This document shows, piece after piece, positions 54,401-64,000 of a DNA stretch of 64,000 bases. Origin of the DNA: Lingula anatina (taxonomy: Eukaryota > Animalia > Brachiopoda); the NCBI GenBank assembly GCA_051362555.1, contig CM120640.1, forward strand, positions 28,358,503 through 28,422,502. Direction: 5' to 3'. The position numbers and the translations under genes were made by a program. The notes below the pieces were generated by a model. It was not told the origin of the DNA, did not search any database, and saw nothing but the letters and a program-made list of their open reading frames with translations. Each line of letters opens with the position of its first letter. Positions within the stretch are counted from its first letter, which is position 1.

Positions 54401-57400
54401 AAATAATTCTTAAATTCAACTCCGTTCGGCACCACGCCCGTCCCCATGTGGTCTTCCCGTATTATACAGCTTGGTGAAATTTTGAAGTCTTATGTTAAGG
54501 CATTACTCTGTGGGATGTGTTAAACCTGTATGTTTTGATAACGATTTATTTGATACCCTATACTTGTACATGAGTATCGGTGTATATTCTTTATCCGTGC
54601 TCTAGCACGCACTCTGCCTGACCATGGACAAGCAAATGTACTTGTGTAAATGCACTTTCGTATGCATGTACACACCACACCAAACCTTGTTTCAATTTCC
54701 AGACGTCTACAGTTTTGGTATTAATGCCAAGTACTTGCCAAGAACCAGTTTTGATTTATTAAATTTACGTGCTTGCGTCCGACGGTCTTACATCATATCG
54801 ATATGACGTTTTCGATTACGTCTTTTTGGGTAAGGCTACAATGATAATCACCTCAGACATCTTTATTCAGGCTGAACAACGCTAGCTTACGTGTGTCTGC
54901 CCTATCTAAATAATGGATATCAACGTACTGGAAGGTTTATGGTGCAATTACTTCTAGCCTACATCAGACTGCCTCCAACGAGGCCAAAAACGCCTGTTCT
55001 TCTACGATGTTTTATTATATCTCAGATTGAAAAGGAGAACAGGCAGCTTGCGTGAAAAACATGATCTATGGCTTTATTATTGGCTGCTACTAGATCCTCA
55101 TTGACTTCCAGGTAACTCGGCCGCTCTGAGGAGCTCGGTGAGAGCGCGGGGGCGCAGTTCAGATGTTCACGGTGGCTGAGGGCCGCGGCTCTTGCAGCTG
55201 AACACGATTTACTACCTATTGCTATTTGCAGCCTTTGCAATCAGTCTCACTGGCGATTCAGTTGTAACAGCACAGTCTTTCTGTATACATCCGATTTTAC
55301 GTTAAGATAAAACAGTAGAAGTGTATCTGAGTTAAGTATGACAGTTGTTAAGAAGCATTATTCAACTAACACCTGCATCATAATCCCTCCCCCTTCTTGT
55401 TTTAATAGCTATCATCAACTTCCTGAGGCAACTGTTTATTTATATATTTCTTTGAAAGGTTAGTTTGATGGAAAAGCAAAGAAAAAAAAAAAGATACCGA
55501 TTAGCATCACGGATAACCCCATGCGTGTGGTTTCTGACAAAATGGTACTATCTCAGTCGGAGCAGTTGTTGGCGAGTTATAGTATTAAACGCCATATCAA
55601 ATTAAACCTCCTAATGCATGCGATTAACAGTGATTTTAAGTAGTCCTCTGGCGCTGCACGACCACCATCTAGGCCATTCTAGGCTTTCTACCTGACAAAT
55701 CACGTAATGTTATCAATATTTTCGAACAAACCACTGTGGTTTATCAATGCAACGCGCATGGTTTCCCTTACACCGCGATATCACGTCAGTTTCTGGAGAA
55801 AAGAACTAATGTATTTCTTATTATCTTGGAAAAAGGGGAGAACATAACAAACGATGCTTGAGTATTCGGAATAATAAAGCAAAATAGTAGTTTTCATGAT
55901 ATTGATTACAAGGCTCATGTTGATTACAATCAATATATTTAAAGTTAGCTCTTATTTCGTCGTATTAGTTAAACCTACACCTGTGCCCCCCCCCCCCCCC
56001 CAAAAAAAAAAAAAAGTGTTGTGTGCAGTTGAATAGCAGTATTTTCATTGTGTGTATTCTTGGAAAGTTTAAATATTAAGCAGAAAGTTGCAAAAAGAGT
56101 AATATACCTGTGAATTAGATATATCGGGATAAATCGTGCATTTAGTATAAGACTTGTTTTATTGCCAATAGAAATTGCAGAGATTTGCTGTAGAGCAGGG
56201 GCAGTTTATGATCAACTTTAGCACGGGGCAGGATATGGGTTAAACAAGGTTATTATACAGGTGCGTTTATAAACATGATGGTTCTTAAAACATAACTAAA
56301 CGCAACACCTGACAAGAATTATCACTAAGCGTTATAAATACCCCCGTACCGCTTTGTCACTTTGCAAGAATACGATTTTGCTTTTGACGTTTTACATCAT
56401 TTCTGCGAATGATTTAAGTTAAGTTTTAAGGTAATTTGTGTCTATCCACACACCATTTTTTGTGATGGTTTATGTTTGAGAGCCCCATATAGGTCATGCA
56501 TGTAAACTGGGTTAAATTGCTTCAGAGAGTTGTCAGTTTAATTCTCTAAATAGCTAGGGATCTCATTTGCAGGCCATAAAGAACGACACGGTGGTAATAA
56601 TTGGTTCGATCCTAGCCTTGTTACATGGACTTCTGCTAACCGTCGTCATAGGCTTCACGTAGGCATAAACAGAGCAGTGCAAGATCTTTTTTTTTTGTAA
56701 CCTCACTAACGTATTAGATAGGAAGCGTTTCCTTTGTATCTGCACGTGAAGGTTGAAAAGGCTTTTTTTAGTAAGATAAATGCATTAAAAATAGTACTAG
56801 GTCTACAGTCTAGCGTCAAATCATTATTAAAAACAGTTATCGATTATATTGTGATAAGGGTTGATTCTTTGGGGTTTGTAAACTTAGTAGGTCCACGGTT
56901 CTGCCACTATATATTTGATGCCAAGAAATCTAATGCACACAGAACCTTTTTTCTATTGACATATTTTTCTAGTGTTGTATGAACCCTTACATTTTACAAG
57001 TACCACGTCTCAGTAGTATGCGGAGACAAATGGGGTCTATGCTGTTTATTCAAAATGGTTATTTTTAACTACGGCAAGTGATAACTCGCCCTATGAAACC
57101 GCCTCGTGGTATGACAAAGAAATCATGTTTTCTCACCACGCTCTAATGTACACAATATATTGTCCATAGTACCACTGGTGCCAAAACCGCCACCACCATC
57201 ACCGCCATCTTTATATGTTGCATTGAATCGCTTTGGCAACATCATGTTTTATCTCGGTACTTATAACTACTACTACTACTAATATGATTTCAAAAAAAAA
57301 AAAAAAATCTAATGCCCCTTTATTTTAGACATGGTACATATTGTTTGCCTTACGTTCTGTACGTCAATGTGTCCAGGTAACATTTGTAGGGTACATGTAA

Positions 57401-60400
57401 CTTCCAGTTTTAAAATGGTCCTCTGTTCCATTTATCTTTAGCTTGTATGTTTGAATCAACATTCCCACTTAATTAAACGGAAAATGTTTCGAATCTGCTT
57501 CATCAATTAGTGTGGCTTTTCCCAGCCTAAAACAGTTGTCTTTTTAAAGAGTAATTCCTGTATGTGGTATCGGAGCAAGGTAAATATTTAATGGTTTTAT
57601 CTTTTTCCAGTTGCTAAACCTCACCTCATTTGTAAGCAATCAGAGTGCCACGTGCTGACAAATAACTCTTTAAGTGATGCAATGGCAATAAAACATTTTG
57701 CAGATTGGTTGGCGAGATTGTAGTCGGCGTTCGCAGATGGTCAAGCAGATTGTGGTTAAGAGAGCACAACTCAAGCAAAGGTTAATGAGGCATTACTTTT
57801 CAATGCACCCTTTTTTAACTATAAAGGTTCTCGGTCTAAGAAGCAGGATTTCCATAATATTCTCGTAAGCCAGTTTGGCACCAACAAAGCTGAGGCATAG
57901 TATTAGATAAACTGGTAAATGGAATCACCCTTTGTACATATCCAACGCATATCTCACACGCGGCACTTACACCTGGTAGGAGTTTGCACTAAGTATGAAA
58001 ACCTGTCATGACTGTGTACATCCTGCGTCATACTATGTGTACAGGTGAGGAGTGCCCATTGTACCTGCCAAGTGATATACGCCTGTCGTCAATGTATTGC
58101 ATTTGAAAAAAAGCTTAGAAGCAAAACGTCAATGTTTCCATGCCGTAAGTGCTTCCTGATATAATACCAATGTCAACAAACTAAACGCGGATATTCTTAC
58201 TTGCTGATTATGCTGAATATGAAACTGGTGTTCAAAATTCTCAAATAGTTTGTTTTTATATAAATATATTCCATTGTCCTAGTTTTCTCAACACTTTTAG
58301 TTAAGTTACCCCTAAAAAATTAAATGCAATGCCAACGTGTTTTAACGTGTACGTGTTTTATCAAATTTTAAACCAGATGTCTTCTCTATTGCTGTGAAAG
58401 TTAATGCGTGAAATTGTTATTCATACTCAATGTAGACAAATGATCTCTTTAAAATGTTGTCCTCTATCAAGTGTAAACTTATCGTAAATGTGATGAACGT
58501 TTTGCAATTTACACAAACGATTCGAGGGAAAAAAAGAGAAAATAAAGCCAAATATTTAACATAACACAGAAACGTTGGGGAAAATAATAAAACCAAATTA
58601 GAATCACAGGTCACTTATTTTAGAAATAGCCCCATGCATGCACGTAAATGCACTTAAAGTTTGCTATATATAACCCACGAATCGTATTCGTAAATGGCCT
58701 GTTATATTTCAAACGTTCATCTATGTTGGAAAATATGGTTGAGGTATGCTTATACATGATAATAAACTTTGCACTAAACACACACAAGCAAACTGTAAAT
58801 AGACATATCGCTATATGACTGTGGCTTAAGGTTAAGTATGACTATGCTACACGCAGACGGATAGGAAGGAGGCAAGATTAAGTGGCTGACTGACTGACTA
58901 GCGGGCGAACTGCCTGCTTGCTTCTTTGCCTGCAAGTAAGCTCATCCGCTCACTTGCCCGCCAAGCAGCTCGCTTGCCTGACTAGGCTGGCTGAGCGGTT
59001 GAAAAACTAAGTCAATCACTCCCTCTCTCGCTCTCTAACTAAACGACTGCCTGTGGTCATATCACCACATTTATGTACTGCCTGGTAGCCAGCTTGAAAG
59101 ACAGATGAATATCTTGGAACAAGTGCGCTAACGTTTTTTCGATTTTACTTCTCCTTTGATGTGTAGATTAGTTTATAGTGTCCGATATCTCACCTTTTCC
59201 TCTGGTCTAATCTGTTTTGAATACGGTGCATGAAACCGCTTAACCCCCTATTCCCTTAGTGACTGCTAGAACAAGAAACATGGCCTTCTTAATTCGAAAA
59301 AAAATTATTACAAATCGCACACGCACATTATTTTATCAATTTTGAGGGTTATTTCTATACTAATAGGATTATTTGAACATTTGCAACTCCCAGGGACGTT
59401 CATAAATCATACACAAACCAGCATTTAAAGAGTTCACAGCAACTATTCTGCTACTTCTAATTGTTTAATACGCGGAGATCGGAACGCTGTCCGTCACATT
59501 AAGTTAATTGTTGGTACTGAATGTCGGTAACTAGTGGACTTTGGCCGTCAATTCAAAAACGATCAGTCGCATAGATAAGAAGAAACAGAGTTGACATTAA
59601 AACTGACAGCTAGATTATTTTTATTGTTTGTCTATGAAGTATTTTAGGATACATTTAGTGTGTAACAAGTTTTAAAACTTTCGTGCACAATGTAATTTCC
59701 ACGAATCTTTGGATAACAAACTTTGTGTGGAATATATCGGATCACGTCAACCTGGGGTATGTTATGGATACGAAAGTGCAAGTTAATCACCAGGAAAAAA
59801 ACAATAAGTTCCAGCTTAATGTATTAATATCAGCATTACACCTAGTCTGCAATTTCATTTGTTTGCCACATTTATGGGTATGGTACGTGTAATCCCCGCC
59901 TGGAATTAACGTCGGTGTCTTTAGTTGATATCATTGTCCCTGAATGTAGAATAATTGCTTACATGTCAATTACGTATGGTGGCAGCGAACTAATGGTACT
60001 GCATTGTAATCAAACTACTTCTTTTTGGTTCTCTGCATGAATTAAGGCGTTATTGCAATGTATTTGAACTAATTCACTTGGTTGCGAAAACTTTTTGGGA
60101 AATTACTGATTGTTCTTGGCAGACAACAGACATCAATATTTGCAGTGTTTAGCATCGTGTAATCTTTAAAACTGAATGACCGTCTTCGTACACCACGTGG
60201 ATAACGTACTTGGGCATTGTTTTTAAAATGCAGGCATTTTATTGATAACTTCTAAAACACAGACGAATCCAGATAGACTCGTTTAATTCGGAATTCTTTT
60301 TGTGTTTCATGGTAGGAAATACTGTACAGTGTAAAGCAATGTACGTGCCATGCCAATGGAATTATCAAATTCATCATTCCATAGATTGCATAATCATCCG

Positions 60401-62490
60401 CACTATTTTTCTTAAACCCTACACATCAAATCTCCAAGTAATTTGTATTATTTTGCGGGCTGTCAAGGGAGTTCACAGCACGCCTATGTGTCCCTCGCGT
60501 TGCATTATTAACAGCTGTCGGGCTAGTAGTGGCACCAAATGAAATAGTTAGGATGCGACGTGCAATAATGGCCGTGAGAGCGCCAGTAACGCACCACGCA
60601 GACGATTCATCTGTTACACCAATCATGAACAGAATTAAATAACAACAATCACAGGCATAGGCAAACCAAATTATTTGGCACCGAGAGACAATTCATGCAA
60701 TTTAATGGAACAAAATCCATCGCGCATAGACTGTTCAATCCCACAGAGACACATGACTGGCACTTGACAATTCACGCACTGACGTTTTCTCTGAATCGGG
60801 CTTTGGTAACTAATAGAGAAATTCGCAAGGTTTACAAGGGTCAGATGAGCTATGCATACGTTTTAGGCACTGGGCATTTTGGTCGGTTAGATGGGGGTCA
60901 TCTTGTGGTTACTTTGGTATTTTCTGACTTATTATCTTATAATGTTTATAATGGTTGAGAATACATTTTCCAGAGTTTATTGGTAGAGTTGAGAGAAACC
61001 ACTTTCACTCCAGCCAATGCGCTCTTTTAATCAATATTTGATGACTGCATTGGGAATCGGTAGATGCTTGGCCTAACATGGAAGTGCACGTAACCCGTTT
61101 AGATGGGATAGATAGTTTAAGCTTTACCCTGGGGAGTATTTGTTCCTGTTGACGGACGGAAACCGGCTGTCAAGGATATATTACAGAACTAAGTGTTCTT
61201 TGTTAATTAGCCAGAGCAACCTTTTTTTATTTGTTAATTAACATAGTCAAACATTGAATTTGCAATATAGACCTTATACCCCTGGAGTTACGACTTCTAA
61301 TTTGTACCATTTCACCGCCATTTTGGGATCGAACATCGCCAAGTACGTATTCGATTAACGAGAGTGCATAGTTAAGAAAAAAGAATAAATAAAAAATAGC
61401 CGACTGAACCAAATAAAATTTAGTTTAAAATTTCCCAGAAGTTAGTAGCTTCTATATTGTTAGAAATCGAGGATTATCTCAAATTGGATTTCAAGCCAAA
61501 TTGACCGGTTTCTTTTCTACTTATCGACCACATTGTTTTACCCGGCACTTAGTCGATATTTTACACGGTAACTTGCATTACTTGTAATAGTTCCTCTACT
61601 TATACTGACAATTAAGTCTAATAGTAATAACATTTGTCAACTATTGCAAGTAGAAGAAGCAATCACGACGCCTGCTCCTATTGATTCAATAATTGGTTAA
61701 GTTGTTTTTGCTACCAATACGGGGGAAAAAGTTGATTAAGTACATGTGCTACCATAAATGATATCGATAATGACAAAGAAATGTAATTGCGAAATAAAAT
61801 ATACAAAATGCACAAAAGCCAGATTATGGTATATACCTTGTTGTTTAATCTAATAAAAAAACAAACTTTGAAACCGTTTGTACTTATTCTTTACGATTAA
61901 TCCCTGCGTCATTATATTGGATTGAAGTATTTTCAGTGCAATACTAAAAGGAAATTAAACGCCTTGACGCACCTTAACTCTTATCAAATTGATATTGTAT
62001 TCAATAATGTTTATCTTTATGATAAACACACAATATATTAAATTCTGAAAATATTGAAGCATTGAAAATCAATAGATTTATTATCAAAAGCAAGGCATGT
62101 ATATGCTCTTATAGGATAGACGTTTCGTCTCCTATAAGCATCAAAATAGAGATGCCAGCATTGTAGTGTTAACACGTACCACGGTTCATCTGTCATGTAT
62201 GCCATAGATAGCCGCTTCAAATGCTTCGGTTATATTTCTATGTGCGTTTAATGTTTTAGAGGCCGTTCTTGTAGAAACATGGAGGCAATGATGCCCCTTA
62301 TAGAACGCGAGGTATCTCGGTTGAGAACACGGATAGAGGGGTATAGAATCATGCCCATCACGTCCACCTGTCAGGTGCAACAGAGAGTGACGATGGTGTC
62401 ACTGTGCCAGGCGCCAGACAAACTGATAATTGGCCTTCCGATGAATGTATATAGATTTATGGTAGAGCGCCGCCTTGGAATAATGCCATG

Positions 62491-62492
<2 letters not shown>

Positions 62493-62528
<36 letters not shown>
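62493..62528. repeat. (GA)n microsatellite
   Basis: Read directly from the sequence. Confidence 0.9.
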
Positions 62529-62529
<1 letters not shown>

Positions 62530-63577
62530 AAAGAACCAGTACTTCAACCGATATCCTCAATTTGTTCCTGTTTAGAAATACCAATTAATTCTATTTAACA
62601 CATGACCCACTCAGTACCATATCACGTTTATTTGATATGTAATATTATAAAAGTAAGAGCATATCAAGTTTACCTTGCGGTGAAAGGTTTAAAACTCTGG
62701 TCATTAATGGCACCAATATAGGCCAATGACATATGGAATTAGTATTTTTATGGTGGCCTTAATCTTTTGGCAAGAGGGGTTAAGCTACGCATATATTACT
62801 AAGCCATGTGAAAATAACTTGACTAGAAGTGACTTGCAATTATCCCCCATTCTTTTTTTCGATATCTCCCTTTCTTGCTGAATGGAATATTTAGCCAACA
62901 GCATTATGAAACAAAACGAAGCGAAAATTGGCAACCCCAGTGCAACCAAATGGCATATAATGGCAAGACGCTAAATGTTTTATGATGTATTTATCTTACT
63001 TTAGGTTAAGAGACGCATCGCTTTGGTAGAGTATTGGTACAATACAGGGTCGAGTTACGTTGATTCACTTTTATAGATAATTATACAATTAGATAATATA
63101 TTAATTTATAAGATATGTATATCATCTCTAGTTATTGCACAACCTGCCCGTATCAACACACCTAGTATGAATTTTTCATAGTTAAATATGAATAAAACGA
63201 CATTATTTCCAAAAAGTTATTACTTCAAAATTAATTTTCTGACAGTCTGGCAATCAAGTCTTTGGGACCAGTTTATTTCAAATGTTGGGGTCACGACAGC
63301 CAATTCTAAATTGCTCTTAGACCTGAAATATGCACCCTTAATGGTTTATTTTCAAAAGTATTACTCTAGACTAATCAGAAAATTGGATCCCACTGATCTA
63401 TATCTGTGATTGAATCTGCTGATTGAATCACGGCAAATATTCAAACTATTTCACCTTCTCGCAAATGGCCTGATGTACTGATTACCTCACAAACTGGAGC
63501 AAAAGAGAACATCAGGAAGCGGTTTCTATGAATTAGATATGTAAGGGAAAAAAAGCCATCCATCATAAATGGCCGAC

Positions 63578-63579
<2 letters not shown>

Positions 63580-63626
<47 letters not shown>

Positions 63627-63636
63627 GGGGGGGGGG
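63580..63636. repeat. (GT)n followed by a poly-G tract
   Basis: Read directly from the sequence. Confidence 0.9.
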
Positions 63637-63773
63637 CTCGTTACCGACATGGGCATGGATATTAGAGAGTACATGAGCCGAGATTGGGTAGTGTAGTATC
63701 AGTCCCGGAGCACCGCACTTTTTGCCGAGAATGGTTTGTTCTTGGTATAATTCGATCTATAGGGTTTCATATT

Positions 63774-63829
63774 AAAAGGACCACTTTTTCAGAAAAAGAA
63801 CCCCCCTCTGAAATCGCAGGCTATGGGTT
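63774..63829 (-). mobile_element. Fragment of the 8622-8790 MITE family (inverted)
   Basis: aaaaggaccactttttcagaaaaagaacccccctctgaaatcgcaggctatggg is the near reverse complement of 8622-8680. Confidence 0.65.
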
Positions 63830-64000
63830 GAGTATAGCCTTCGTAATGTATATCCCAGTCCAGATCTTTGTGGAATACTTGATGGCGCAACGGTACCTAT
63901 ACTACATAAGTCATACTGTTAATTGTTCAACCACTATGTGCAATATATTAGCCGACACGTTGAGGTATCTTATTCATCCAAGGTAATTTTGGGGTGATCT

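Noticed and set aside
60300-60630. Overlapping short ORFs in the K2P intron
   Set aside because: No K2P motifs, no convincing splice sites and no recognisable protein family.
63820-63986. cag|GC TAT GGG... could complete the K2P filter as TIGYG (ORF ...GYGLSIAFVMYIPV...)
   Set aside because: The GYG codons lie in the terminal repeat of a MITE fragment (63774-63829), there is no pyrimidine tract, and the downstream peptide lacks the conserved P.T..GR/K...Y...GIP M2 pattern. Judged a coincidence.

Overview
AT-rich, intron-rich eukaryotic DNA from an invertebrate animal, probably a lophotrochozoan or mollusc (inferred from gene and repeat style). From left to right: (1) the 3' part (24 exons read by hand) of a + strand F-BAR/C1/RhoGAP gene of the ARHGAP29/ARHGAP45(HMHA1)/GMIP family, 1426-25443. 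Its introns carry a hAT-like non-autonomous transposon, MITEs, a ~240-bp foldback and a 2.9-kb Helentron-type (HINE/DINE-like) element with a 146-bp satellite array. (2) A 3-exon Ly6/uPAR (quiver/sleepless-like) gene, + 27393-28371. (3) An 11-exon FBXW8-like F-box/WD40 gene, - 37480-31026. (4) A candidate 3-exon orphan secreted or membrane protein gene, - 39740-38216. (5) The first coding exon of a two-pore-domain (K2P/TWK-like) potassium channel, + 47664-48498, followed by more than 15 kb of intron. The most notable observations are a tandemly repeated (~50-aa period) extracellular cap in the K2P channel, the orphan gene with a possible secreted/anchored splice switch, candidate microexons, and nuclear-receptor-like sites in the Helentron satellite. 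All exon calls come from manual reading of GT/AG boundaries and frame continuity; no database searches were run.
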